The position numbers were made by a program, and so were the translations under genes. DNA of 63,917 bases, filler included, from Peribolospora baueri (lineage: Eukaryota), in the NCBI GenBank assembly GCA_029717555.1. It is 6 parts of 6 records of this genome, joined end to end, with 100 filler letters (N's around TTAATTAATTAA, not from the genome) between each part and the next. Parts side by side here need not be neighbours in the genome. Positions count along the whole stretch, not along the records: positions 45,175 to 54,532 come from JAMDHS010000180.1; positions 54,633 to 63,917 come from JAMDHS010000181.1; 4 more parts are not named here. One strand, given 5' to 3'. The notes beneath the pieces were generated by a model, which saw only the letters and a program-made list of their open reading frames with translations, had not been told where the DNA came from and searched no databases. This document shows positions 49,612 through 61,599 of this stretch, in pieces (the first letter of the stretch is position 1; every line of letters starts with the position of its first letter).

Positions 49612-52600
49612 GATGGAGGGCGGAGATGATAGGGAGAGGTGTGTGTGAAGGAGGTGGGTTTACGTGAACGGGGAATCAGGGGACAAGAGGAGGGGGTATC
49701 GTATCGAGTCGAGGGCGAGCCGGCGTCGGGTCGCGGTGCGTCCGTGGACGGCGTTGGCTTGCGCCGTGTTGTCGTCTGGGGTCGTCTTGTATCAGAAGAG
49801 GTATGGAGACGACGGGGGTGGGGAAGAGAGGGCGGCGAGAGGGTGGTGGTGGTGGTGGGAGGTGTCGAAGGTGGAGAGGGAGGGAAGTGGAGTTTTCGGG
49901 AGTGGTGGAGGGATGGATGGTGGATGATGGATGGAGAAAGGAGAGAGCGGATGGATGATGGAGCGGATGGAAGCGGGCGTCGGAGGGATGGATGGCGGTG
50001 GACGGAGGTGAGAGAGATGGAGCCGCGGTGGAAGGAAGCGAAGACGGCGTCGCTGGCTCGCTGGCTCGCTCGCTCACCGACGACGACGGCCCACCCGCGT
50101 ATCCGAGCCGACCGTCGGTGCGATGCGGTGCGGTGCGGTGCAGCGTTGGTCGGTCTGATCTATCTGATCTCGTCTGCGCTGCGCTTGTCTGGTCTGCTCT
50201 CATCTGCGCTCGTCTCGTCGCCATGCACGCACAACATACGCTCGCAGCTCGCCCTGCCCTCGCCCTCGCTCGCACTCCGGGCAGGCCGTCGGAACCGCTG
50301 GCCCGGTAGCAGGGCAGGACAGAGGCGAGGCGAGGCGAAGCGAGATGACGCGGGATGGCTAGCTCCCGATGCTGCGCCGTTCGTATTCGGTGTGCATACG
50401 TCACGTTACGTATCTACAGGATGGTTAGAGGAGCCAGGAGCCAGACACCGCGGCGGGGACGCTAGTGGCGACTAATTGTCGTCCGAGGGGCGGCGGAGAG
50501 GGGAAGAGAAGAGGGGAAAGGAGAAATGAAAGGAGAAGCGAGCGAGCCAGGAAGCGCGACGCCGCTTCCGTCTCGCCTTCGCCTCCGCCTCCGCCTCGCC
50601 TCGTCTCCACCCTCGCCCGGCCGCAGCAGCCAGCCCGCGTTTCTAAACTCGACCGACGTCATCCCGTCATCCGTCCCATCCATCCATCCACTCAGTCGGC
50701 CCAAAAGCGAGGCTGGCGGACAGAAAAGGGGCGGGCAGGCAGAAAAGGCGCAGAGAAGAAAAGAAAGAAGGAAAAACGGCAGTACTGGATGGATCGCCTC
50801 GATACATACACCAACTCGCTTCCCCCGTAACGTAGGCGAGACAGTCAGGCAGACGACGGACGGCCACCGCACCAAATTAGATCGCCCACATAGCCTCCCT
50901 CCTTCCTTCCTTCCTTCCACGCACCGACTACGCAGAGTCCGAGTCCGAGTCCGCCCGGCCCGGCTCGGCGAGACAAGAAAGGAAGGGAGGGAAAGAAACG
51001 AAAGAGACGAAAAGGAAAGGAAACAGAAAGAAAGACCAACGCAACGAACCGAGCCGAGCGAGCGGCCGTAAGTGCTGTTAGTTCTCTGTTGACGCCTTTC
51101 ACCGAGCGGTTTTCACCGCACTAGGCAAAGTACTTCCCTTGGCTTGGTCTTGGTGAGCACCGACGGCCGGGAGGGGATGGGATGGGCGCAGGGGCGAAAG
51201 CGAGGAGGCAAGGCGCAAGGGAACGGAAAAGAAAAAACGGCGGCGGAGGAAGAGGGAGGGATGGATGGATGCAGATACGAGACGGGTTGGCCTACGTCAC
51301 TCCGTCCGCGGTCGTCCGGGTGCGGGTTGTCGTCGTGGAGGCGATGCGACAACCAAGTCGCCGGACGGTGACGGTGACGGTGACTGTGACGGGACGGGGA
51401 TCGCTGACAGAGTGCATGCAGTCACTGACGTCCCGTCTCCTCCCCTCGCCGCTGCCCGTCCTATTCGTGCCTGCCGCTGCGTGCGCATTCCACGCACATA
51501 CCCGTGTGCCTGTCACGAGCAGAGTACTCTCTTGTCCGACCCCTCTTTCCTCCTCTCTCTCCGGCATCCACCCGAACTCGTCTGTCCGTCTCCTCGTCCG
51601 CAACCGTCTGCCGTCGGATCCACCGGGGACGCATCGCATGGATCGCATGGAGGCGCCAACGACGGACGGCCGATTCGGCAAGACGCCGATGATCGATGAT
51701 CGATGACCGCCTCCTTCTCCTTCCATCCGACCGACGTCCCTCCGTCCCTCCCTTCCTTCCTTCCTTCCTTCCTTCCTTCCTTCCGTTCGGTGCTCGCTCA
51801 GACGACGCCGCGATGGCGATTATCGATCCGGACTCAGACAGACAATAGCGACGATTAGCTTAGCTCTCGCTCACCTGACAACCACTGCGCAACGTTCGAC
51901 CTCAGCCTTCTCCCGCCCCCTGTCTGCCATCATCTTCTTCTTGTCGCCCCTTCGCACTTAATAAACCCTCGTGCCGTCGATCGGCGAACTGGCGAACGGA
52001 CACCAGACGTGCACGACCGACCGACAGACGGACAGATGGACGGGAGGGACGGTCAGGATTTGAACACAATCCATCTAGGCCAGTAGAAGGCACTCTTTGG
52101 CCAGTGGTCAGTCTGGCTACTGATCAATCCCAGGAGATATGTATGTGTACTGGCAGGGTTCATGACAGGGACAGGCGGCATGGATAGACGGCGTGGACAG
52201 ATCGATAGATGTGGACGAATAGATGGGCAGACGGACTGCAGCGCTTATCCTGTCCGGTCATCCATCCCTTTCGTCGAGGCAGACACTGTCAGATAGACAG
52301 ACAGATAGATAGACGTCTTTTGGGTGATCGAGTCAGCGCGCCTCACTGATCAATGTTCGTCAAGCGCCTCGCCGCCCCTTTCCCATCGTCCCGATTCGCA
52401 TTCACTGTCGCATGTTCGTCCTCCCTCTGCCTTGTCACGTCACGTCAGCGCTCGAATCGAACCGGAGAGAGATGCGGCGCTCCGTCGGTGCAAGACGATG
52501 ATCGCCAATGGCGAGCCAGGAAGTCAGGCTTGAGCCAGTCAGGCACGGTGGGCATGGGACGCATGCGCCGCTCAACACGCTCCAACCGAACGCGCCCGCG

Positions 52601-52794
52601 CTCCCGTCCAGAAAGGTTCCCACGGCCACGTGCACCCGCTTTCGATCACCTTCGAGTTCGGCCGGGCTTTTCCTTCGACCAGTTGGCCATCCCTCTCTCC
52701 GTCCGTCCGTCCCCATCCCGCTCCGCTTCGGCACTCCTACGTTTACACCTCTCGACTCGACTCGCTCGACGACGGATTCGAAACCGAACTGATC

Positions 52795-54010
52795 ATGTTC
52801 GCCCCCGCGTCTCGCTTCCTCGTCTCCGCCTCGCGCAGCACCCTCGCCCGCGCCGCCCCACGCGTCGCCGCCTCCCCGGCGAGGCGCCTCTCGCTCGCCA
52901 GGCCATCCTCCCAACCCTTCCTCGCTCCCCTCGCCGCCCTCAAGTTGAGGAGCAGGGGGTTCGGCAGCTCCGCCGTGGCGAGAGGACAAGGCGAGAGTGA
53001 GTGCCCATCCAACGTCTTCCGTTCCCATCGTCGTCCCTCCGGCTCATTTTCCTCTCCCCTTCTCGTAGCCGACAACGAGCTTTCCGCACGGTTGGCCCAG
53101 GAAATCACCTACGAGAAGGAGACGGCCGCTCAGACCTCCGAGAAGGAGCCCGATTTCTTGAAGGCGTTCAAGGAGGAGGGAATCTGGAAGGTGCGCCCGG
53201 TCACCGTGTTGCCTTGCCCTTGGTTCGTGGTCAGTCAGTAGTCCGCTCACCCGATCGGATCCGATCCCTGCTTTTGACCAGATCGAGGACAAGGCCGGCA
53301 ATGACGAGATCGCTTTGACGAGGCAGTTCGGCAACGAAAAGTGAGTATGCCACCGTCGTCCCAAAGTCTCGCTCGCTCTGCGTCGCCCCCGCACCGACGC
53401 TTTCGTCTTTTTCCCCTTTCTTTCAACGCAGCATCCGCGTTCTTTTCTCCATCGGTGACATCGACACCACCCCTTCGTACGGCGACGAAGAGTTTGACGC
53501 CGAGTCCGAGCCCGGTGCGACCGCTGAAGGCACTGACGCCGAAGGCGAGGGCGAGACCTCGTTCCCCGTCCGAACCGCCATCACCGTCACCAAGCCCGAC
53601 CAGGGTGCCCTGACGATCGACGCGGTGGCGCAGGACGGTCTGTTCGCGCTGGAGAACATCTCCTTCTACAAGGACGAGAAGCTGGCCACCGAGCTCAGCG
53701 CCGACGCCGACTGGTCTCGTCGCGGCCTCTACATCGGCCCCCAGTTCGAGACGCTCGATGAGAACGTGCAGACCGAGTTTGAGCGCTTCTTGGAGGAGCG
53801 CGGCGTCGGCACCCAATTGGCGCTCTTTATCCCGGACTACGCCGAGTGGAAGGAGCAGAAGGTGAGCGTGGAGCGCATTCCAGCGCAAGCTCGGCGTCCG
53901 ATCGCCGGCGCTTCTTCCGCCTCGCTTGCATCTCACTCCCGCTTCTTCTTCCTCCTTCACAGGAGTACGTCGACTGGCTGGAGAACGTCAAGAAGTTTGT
54001 CGACGCATGA
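52795..54010 (+). CDS. MAM33: Mitochondrial acidic matrix protein Mam33 (p32/C1QBP family)
   Basis: Targeting peptide, LAQEITYE, LTRQFGNE|NIRVLFSI, YIGPQFETLDENVQTEFERFLEERG, KEQK|EYVDWLENVKKFV. Confidence 0.92.
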
Positions 54011-54487
54011 GCCCCGTGCCGCTCTCGGTGTGTTCCGTCTCTCAAGGTCGTCCATCCATCCCTCCCCCACCCATTTCTCCTAACTTTTTTTTTTCCCTTC
54101 CACCACCTCCGCCCGCCTTACTCTTCTCCTCTTTCTGTGTCACCGTCTCCGCCCGCCCTATTCTTCTCCTCTTTCGTCTCCCCGTCTTCCCAACCCCCCT
54201 CCCTCCGTCACACCCCATTAGATGGCTGAAACAATATTTCTGGTCTCATGTGCTGAACCCGTCTTTGGCGAATGCGACGAAAATAAAAGATTCATCATGG
54301 CGACGTCACGTCAGACTTGGCGCCTCAACGACAGAGGAGGGTGACGTGCAAACGGGATTGAATGTCGTAGCCTGTTCGTTGTTCGTTCCGCGGCCATCCG
54401 GCGAGGGCGCTCTTTTGTTCAGCGAGAGAGGCGGAAAGCGGATCGTCACGTTTCCAGTGTCCCCCCTTCGCTTGGATTGGCGGTATG

Positions 54488-54526
<39 letters not shown>

Positions 54527-54532
54527 CCTTTT

Positions 54533-54632
54533 NNNNNNNNNNNNNNNNNNNNNNNNNNNNNNNNNNNNNNNNNNNNTTAATTAATTAANNNNNNNNNNNN
54601 NNNNNNNNNNNNNNNNNNNNNNNNNNNNNNNN
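54533..54632. other. Artificial contig spacer
   Basis: N44-TTAATTAATTAA-N44. Confidence 0.99.
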
Positions 54633-54633
54633 C

Positions 54634-55160
54634 ACTGAAGATCTCACCGATACCGAGCTGGCCACGACCGCCGGCGAAGAGGAGGCGGAGCGAGAGGAAA
54701 GCAAGCGGCGCCCCAGAACGACTAAGGGCAAGGCTGGGTCCAAGAGCTCTTCAAAAGCGGATTACGCTAACGCTGAAGACCTCACCGATACCGAGCTGGC
54801 CACGACCGCCGGCGAAGAGGAGGCGGAGCGAGAGGAAAGCAAGCGACGCCCAATGGCGACTAAGGGCCAGCCTAGGCCCATCAAGGCCTCAAAAGCGGGT
54901 CACTCACACGCTGAGGATCTTACCGACACTGAGCCTCCCACGACCACGGACGAGGAAGAGCCGGTGCAAGAGGATGGCAAGCGCAGCAGGAAAGCTACTA
55001 AGGGCAAGCATGGGCCCAAAGTCTTTTCAAAGGCTGAACCCCAAGGCACTGACGCATATTCAGATGTTATACCGCCCACTAGGGGCGAAGAGGAGCCGGT
55101 GCGAGAGGAAGGCAAGCGACGCCCGGCAGCAACGCAGAGCAAGCCTGGGTCCAAAGGGGC
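54634..55160 (+). repeat. 138-bp (46-aa) coding tandem repeat, about 4 copies
   Basis: Unit starts at 54635, 54773, 54911 and 55049 (EDLTDTELATTAGEEEAEREESKRRP...). Confidence 0.9.
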
Positions 55161-55920
55161 AATGACTACCGCCATGAAAGAGGAGCCGGAGCGAGTGGAA
55201 GGGAAGAAGCGAGGAGACAAAATAGCCAGGGGTAAGGCGGCCCCCAAAGGCAAGCCCAAGGCGCACGACGAAGGAGCAGGCACACTGGCTTCCAAGGCTC
55301 CCTCCTCCTCCTCGTCTGTCGTTAGACCGAGCTCCCGGTCGTCTTCACGGGCGGGGCCGGCGGCTGCTCTTGTGACGAATGGGGTTCGGGCTGGACGAAG
55401 GGAAGGCGTGGATGCGAGTGAGGACGGAGATGAGGCGGCCGAGGACAAAGTCGAGGCCGATTTGGATCAGGGGCAAGAGTTGGAGCAGGAGTTGGATTTG
55501 GAGAAAAAGGCGGAGAAGACGAACGGCCTACCGCGCCCGCCTTCTGTTCCTCTACCTTCCTCCATGTCCTCTTCTCGCCTCACTCCAGCTCCTTCCTCCA
55601 CGTCCTCTTCTCGCCTCACTCCAGTTCCTTCCTCACCACCTCCGGCCCATCCGGCACACCTCCCGCTCCCGCATCCCACCCTGCCCCTCCCCCCATCTGA
55701 GCTCGCGATGACGCTAGACGAGTGGCTCCGACTCAGAGCCTCTGACGCGCTGGAAGCGCTGGAGGAGCAGTACGAGGCGCAGCTGAAGGCCTTGGAGGGG
55801 AGGGTCAAGGCGGGCAGAAAGAGGCTGATCGGGTTGCTCGCTGGACGCGGCGATGTGGGTGTTGGTGATGTAGAGGAGACGGAGCACTATGATGACGAGG
55901 GCGAGGAGGATGGCCGATAG
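54634..55920 (+). CDS. C-terminal part of a large low-complexity protein, possibly Bir1/survivin-like; 5'-truncated
   Basis: The frame is open from the contig start. The terminal helix ELAMTLDEWLR...LEEQYEAQLKALE resembles my recollection of the fungal Bir1 C-terminus (MTVEEWI...). BIR domains are not in the window. Confidence 0.5.
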   Translation, partial: TEDLTDTELATTAGEEEAEREESKRRPRTTKGKAGSKSSSKADYANAEDLTDTELATTAGEEEAEREESKRRPMATKGQPRPIKASKAGHSHAEDLTDTEPPTTTDEEEPVQEDGKRSRKATKGKHGPKVFSKAEPQGTDAYSDVIPPTRGEEEPVREEGKRRPAATQSKPGSKGAMTTAMKEEPERVEGKKRGDKIARGKAAPKGKPKAHDEGAGTLASKAPSSSSSVVRPSSRSSSRAGPAAALVTNGVRAGRREGVDASEDGDEAAEDKVEADLDQGQELEQELDLEKKAEKTNGLPRPPSVPLPSSMSSSRLTPAPSSTSSSRLTPVPSSPPPAHPAHLPLPHPTLPLPPSELAMTLDEWLRLRASDALEALEEQYEAQLKALEGRVKAGRKRLIGLLAGRGDVGVGDVEETEHYDDEGEEDGR

Positions 55921-56292
55921 CGTGCTGTCATTTCCTCTGTTCGCCTCTTCCGTATCTCTACCTCATATCCTCTGTATGTGCTTTTCCTGTCGTCGTATGT
56001 GCGGTTCTTTTTTATCTCTGTATTTTGTACACACGCCGTTCTTTCCGTTCCTTTTGCTTACGGACATACGGATTCGTCGCCGCCATAAACAGTGGGACAT
56101 AGAAGGTGGACATGGCTTGCCCTTGAATATACATAGAGCTGGCTCGATTGCTGCAATGCCACCATCAACAGGCCATCGTCGCGCAGCTTGCAGGTTAGTT
56201 AAGCTTGGCACACAAGCGCACACAGGCGAAGGCTCGGGCTAAGTAAGGCAGTCCTACACTTCCATTTGCCCACCAACCGGCAAACAGGACGA

Positions 56293-57826
56293 TCAATCTT
56301 CCAAAAGGCCGACGCTCTCCGTCCAAAACGCCTCACCGATGAGGTCGACGTGTAGACACTCCACCCTCATCCTTCCTCTTCGTTCCTTCTCCGCAGCTTT
56401 GGCCGCTTGTCGTGATGAAACCTTTTTGATATTTTTCGGTCGAGCATCAGCATCGACGATAGCAGGAGCAATAGTGGTGGAACCGGAGGGGTTGTCAGGG
56501 TCGGGTTCCGGGGCACTGTCGGACGCAGCTGGAGTGGAAACGGTGGCACTTGTGCGTTCGCAAGGATCGGAAACACGCTCCTGGGCGCGATAGTCGTAAC
56601 GTGTCGTCGTACCCTCAGCCTCGGTCTCAACCAACGGTGATTCGGTCCAGAGGAGCGTGCTCCCTTTACGAAACATGACCGGCTCGTTGTTGTAGTTGAT
56701 GCCAAAGCGGGAGAAGAGGATCTCGTGTTTTTGGGAAGAGACCGTACCCTGCGGTCGTCAGTGAACGAATCATTTACGATATCGAACAGGTTTCACTGTC
56801 AGTTATTGTCCATAGGTGCCTAGCGACGAGGAAAGGGGACATTCTGAACGGATCCGACCACACCTCACTCACCCTCAGCGTTTCATTCGCCTCTCGCTCC
56901 GTTTGCCCACCCTGTTGTACAAGCGCCCAAAATACCGTATTGTAGAGATTGTTGATATGTGCTGGTCGTGAACGTATGCGTTAGACACCGAGCGGGCGTG
57001 AGGAATGCGGTTCGATGTTATCTGCTGAAGGCTTCGTCAAAATAAATGCTCACTGTCCGCCTGTCTCCAACTCAAGTAATCCCGAACTTCTTTGACGCCG
57101 GGATACACCACCACTCGACCGTCAAACACGGGAGGGGAAAGAAGCGGCTTATCCGGGAAGAATTTGGACCAGTTGAAGACGTAGGCAGAGGTGAAAAGCG
57201 AGACAACGAGCGTGAGGACCTTGCTGTCGTAACGAATGGTGGGAGGCAAACAGTGAGTCAGCATGCTACTGGAAGCTGCTCAGAACAGAAATCAGCACCA
57301 CCCACCTGGCTCTGCGCTTGTACAAATTACAGGATCGCCTCAGGACGAAACTGAACTGGACGGAAGCAAGGGGCAATGTCAAGACGAGAACGAACAACTC
57401 GGGCCCTGCTCCGCTGCCCATTCGCAAAAAATCCACAAACCTGTATTCGTCGCTCTCCCCAAAGGCAATCAGGCCGTCGCCGCCGAGTTCTTCCATCACC
57501 GTCAATGCCGCTTGGTTCATGAGCTCCAATGCTCGCCTATCGTTGGGTTTGACGAACGAGTGGGCGTCCGAAAATCTTTCAAGTGACATGCGAGGGAGGA
57601 GCGGGCGCAAGGCATAGGAAGGGCAGAGAGTCAGGTGAGCACAACGGTTTGCCTCAAGTTTTCGAACCGACAGGACCATTTCGCTTTCTTTTCTGTCCCT
57701 CAGTGATAAATATGATACACACTTGTGGAACCCCTTCCCATCGATCCGGATGACCATGAACGTGTTGGGCAACACCGGGTCGGGGGCCTCGTAGTTGCGC
57801 ACGTAGGCAAAGCGAGAGCCGGCCAT
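56293..57826 (-). CDS. THG1: tRNA(His) guanylyltransferase
   Basis: [77 protein letters not shown]. Confidence 0.96.
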
Positions 57827-58233
57827 GATCACGGGGTGGGCCTCCCGTCCGCCAGGACGACTGCTGATAAGAAAGCGAGTCGCCGAAGTGGAAGCTTGTG
57901 GCGAGATCAAGGCAGAGAGCAATTGCGCTCTTCCCGCGTATCAAGAGGGCCTCGAAATGGGGGCACGTGACGTGCCGCAGTCGCCTCTACAAAGTGGGCA
58001 CCGCAAAGCATGAACGATGGATGCTCTTTGACCCAATCCAAGTCCAAACCCAACGGACGATGCCGTCTGTCGCTTCGCGCCCACGAGCCGCGTTCAATGC
58101 GCCGAGTCCTTTACGAATGATTGCAACCTACAGCTCACAACACGGAGAGTTCCATTCCGGGGAAAATCTAGCGCATAGCCACAAGCGACTCAGAAACGCG
58201 GGAGGCGGGGACAGAAGAGAGGGAGTTTGTGAA

Positions 58234-60123
58234 TTAAGCAAAAGCGCTGCCCGCGCCCGCCTTGCTCTCCGCCTCGGCCAAAGCCTTCTTAGCGCCCTCA
58301 TCACCCCCGTTCTTCTGCCCCTCTTCCACAGCCTTCCTCAATGCCGCCACATCCTCGGGCTCGAGCTTGGCGCAGATGGCATCCAAAGCGTTCAACTGAG
58401 CCTCGATCACCGAAGGGGGAACGGCGGCGTCGGCGCCTGCGAAGTAATTCGAACCGGTGACGACGTTGCGGATCGCCTTCTTGTGGCTCTTCAAGGCCTT
58501 CTTCGCCGCTTCCTTCGCCTTCTTCGCGTCTGCACGCTGGACCTGTTAGCCGGCAAGCAAGATGGGACGGGGAGAATGCCGAAGGGAGAGAAGGTCAATC
58601 TCGATTGACGAGCTGAATATGGAAGCAGCACACTTACCTTCTCCTCGGCCTCCTTCTTCTCAGCCTCCTCCTTGGCCTTCTTATCCTCCTCCTCCTTCCT
58701 CTTCTTCTCTTCCGCGGAGTTCACGCCCGGCTGGCCATTCGCAACCGCTCCATTGCCGCCAGCCTTGGCCTTGCGCTTAGCCTCCCTGGCCGCCTTGGCC
58801 TCTTCCTTGAACTTCTTCACCCTAGGATCCAAGCTGAGCGCCTTGTCCACAAGCAAGCGCAGGCGCGTGTTGTCCTCCTTCTTCCGGCGAGCACGCTCTG
58901 ACTTGTTCTTCTTCTCCACGTAGCGCTTCTCGTCTCGGCTGCCAAACGGCGTCGTACGAAGAGACCGATGAGTTAGCCGATGCACTGTGGTGCGACTGCC
59001 TAGCTAAGTTTTCCAACTTTAGTCGTTACTCACCTATCGCTTCCCTCGTTGGCGTCCTTGTCGAGGTACTCAAAGCTCCTCCAGGAGTCAAAGTTGTACC
59101 AAAAGTCGTAAAAGTCGTTCATGTGCTGCTCGGTGCTGGACATGTCGCCAAGCTTGGGAACAGGCTGCACCTTGCTGAATCGCGCCTCGCGCTCGAACAC
59201 GGGGCCCCAAAGCTCAAAGAACTTGGACGCGGGCTCCTTGCCCGTCGGAACTTCGTCGTCGTCCACGCCGTCGTCGACGGAGTCAAACTGGCGACGCTTT
59301 TCCGGGTCGTAGAGAACCTCGAAAGCTGTTTCGGGAGCCGCCCAAACAATGGCCTTTAGAACTCGCCCAAACGACCTAATATGTAGATAAAAAGAATCTC
59401 CCAACACACCTTTGGCAATGCACTTGAAGAAAGAGTCGTCATTCGCGTCGCCTGAACCGGCCTTCTTGTCGGGGTGGTGCTTGAGCACCTTTTTGCGGTG
59501 AGCGATCTTGACCTGGTCGCGGGTGGCCTTGTAACGGAGTTTGGAGAGGCCAAGAACGGCGTAGTGGTCTTGGCTCTGTTAGGTAGCGGAAGAAGGAAAG
59601 TAGTTGGGATGAGAAAGGCGTACGATCAAGGAGAAATGAGGTAACGGGAGCCAAGGTTCAGCATGAGCCGTGCTCACTCACTTTCCACTCCTTGGGGTCC
59701 CGAGAGAGCAAAAACCTGTCCTCCGGCTCATCGCCGATGTCGTTGTCCAGGTCATTCACGTCCTCTCCATCCGCGGTGCGCAAGGCAAGCCGCTCCGCCT
59801 CAACCTTGTCATCCTCCTCAAAGGAGCGGCCAAACGCGGCGCGACGAGCAAAGCCAGCGAAGGCAGGGCCAGCCGCCAAAAGAGTGCGTTCAGTTGGCTC
59901 TGGATATATATGAGAAGAAAAAAAGGGTGGAAAAACGATAAAGTGAGTGAGGCGGCAATGTGGCGAACTTGACAGCCCGTCCAATTCACGCTTTCCGTGA
60001 CTCGCTCGAGCTCACGGCTATAAACCTTGCTAGCTACTCACGAGAAATGCTCCTAGAGCTTTCGGCCTTGAAGGCCGAGGGAGCGGCGGGAAGAGCGATG
60101 GGGATGTGGACGACGGCAGCCAT
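58234..60123 (-). CDS. ZUO1: Zuotin (ribosome-associated J-domain chaperone)
   Basis: [56 protein letters not shown] and DPRVKKF. Confidence 0.96.
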
Positions 60124-60578
60124 TGTCTATCAGGGGCTCGAGCCGAGGGTATGAGGAAAGAGAGGGGATGAGATAGGCCGGCGGAAGCCAAAATCAAAAG
60201 AGGGAATGAATTTCTTTTGGGCGAAGCTGCTGCGGTAGGCGGAGGACGCGGCCTTTAACGGCGATCTGACCGACGACGGCCCGTGCGCCGGAACGGCTGA
60301 AGTGCGAATTACTCTACTGAACTTCCTCGTCCGCTGGCAAAGATCTTCTTGGGTGCAGCGACGTGGGTGCTCAGGTTGTACTTATGTCAGATGAATTTAT
60401 GGGGAAGCGGAATGGTAAGGAAGCAGAGAGCAAGGTGCCCTCACTATCGTACGACGCCAAGGAAGGAACCCAAGGCGAGCTCTCCTACTCAGATTTCCTT
60501 CCGGCAAACAAGCTACGAACACATACGCACTGCCCGTTGTGTAGGGGCATGAACCAAAAGACCAAGATCGGATTCTAC

Positions 60579-61519
60579 TCAAGGGTCCAGATCAAATATC
60601 AGAAATTCAACGTCCTTTTTGCCGACACTCTCGATCTTCAGACCCTCTCCGTGGCCCACGCTGCCGCCACGAACGAACGCGCCGTCGCCTTCGCGTAGTT
60701 CTACGCGACCGTCCAGCTTGATGCGCGCGGCGTTAGAGTCGGTGTAACTGGTGCGCCTGGGGCACGGTAGGCGTTGCTAATCAGGTGCACATAAACGTTG
60801 CGCCTGCATGCAAAGAGAGGCAAGTAAAGCGCGCCGCAGTGAGAAGATCGGAGAATAAGACTAACCAGAATGGCTGATACCAGTGCCTCCCCATGTCATT
60901 TGGACTTCTCCACGCTTAATATACTGAACGCAAAGTCAAAGTAGAACGACGGCGAGCGAGCTGCCGGAGCTGGCGTGGTAAAACGAAAGCGGCGAATAGC
61001 CTGATCACAGGTGAGCGTACCTCGGTGTTGCCCATGGAATCTGTACCACCGTCATACAGTACCCTTCCCGTTCCAGGCCATTTCAGTGTGTCAGGTTCGA
61101 GCGCAAGCGATTGATGGACGATAAGGAGAAGGATAGCACCCGCACTCACCCTTGTGCTCCAGTTGACCTTTCACGACGTATGACCAAATGTTGAACTCGC
61201 GGTGGGAGTGACTGTGAGAAGGGACGTAGGCGCATTAGGTCGCAAAAGGAACCTGGAAACCAAGACGTGTATTTAACGTCGAGGCCGTTCGGTTGGATGC
61301 TCGTGCTCGTCGACGCCCCGCCACCACTCACTTCGTTCGGCAAAACGCGGTCCTCGTTGATGACACGCAAAGGCTCAAAACTTTCAAAGCGAGGATCGAA
61401 GTACATGGCAAAGTTGAAGGTATGGAAGGCTTTGCAGGCATATGGCCAACAGGGCAATGTGAGCAACTCGTTCAAACACCTTTCCGCTGTCTTGAGCAGG
61501 TACCGCACTCACTCTTGAG
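60579..61519 (-). pseudogene. Pirin/YhhW-like cupin pseudogene: 5'-truncated, internally deleted, frameshifted
   Basis: Exons LK|TFHTFNFAMYFDP..LRVINEDRV, HSHREFNIWSYVVKGQLEHK|DSMGN, GEVQMTWGGTGISHS, then directly YVHL and, after a frameshift near 60755, LREGDGAF...EFLIFDLDP-TGA. The expected LQIW segment is not seen. Confidence 0.8.
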
Positions 61520-61520
61520 G

Positions 61521-61599
61521 ACGTTGCCGAGGCGTTCGAAGCGTGTTTATAGCGCGACGCCCAAGTTCTTCAGCCGCCCCGCCCAGTCCGGGTGCCCCT
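61521..61599 (-). repeat. Inverted fragment of the TPR repeat unit
   Basis: Minus strand reads GHPDWAGRLKNLGVAL*TRFERLGNV, matching the 135-bp units at 62641-63917. Confidence 0.92.

Noticed and set aside
49640..52780. ORFs and GATA/GACA-rich tracts between ChaC and MAM33
   Set aside because: Low-complexity microsatellite-rich intergenic DNA (TTCC, GGAT, GATA/GACA); no family motifs or clear RNA structure.
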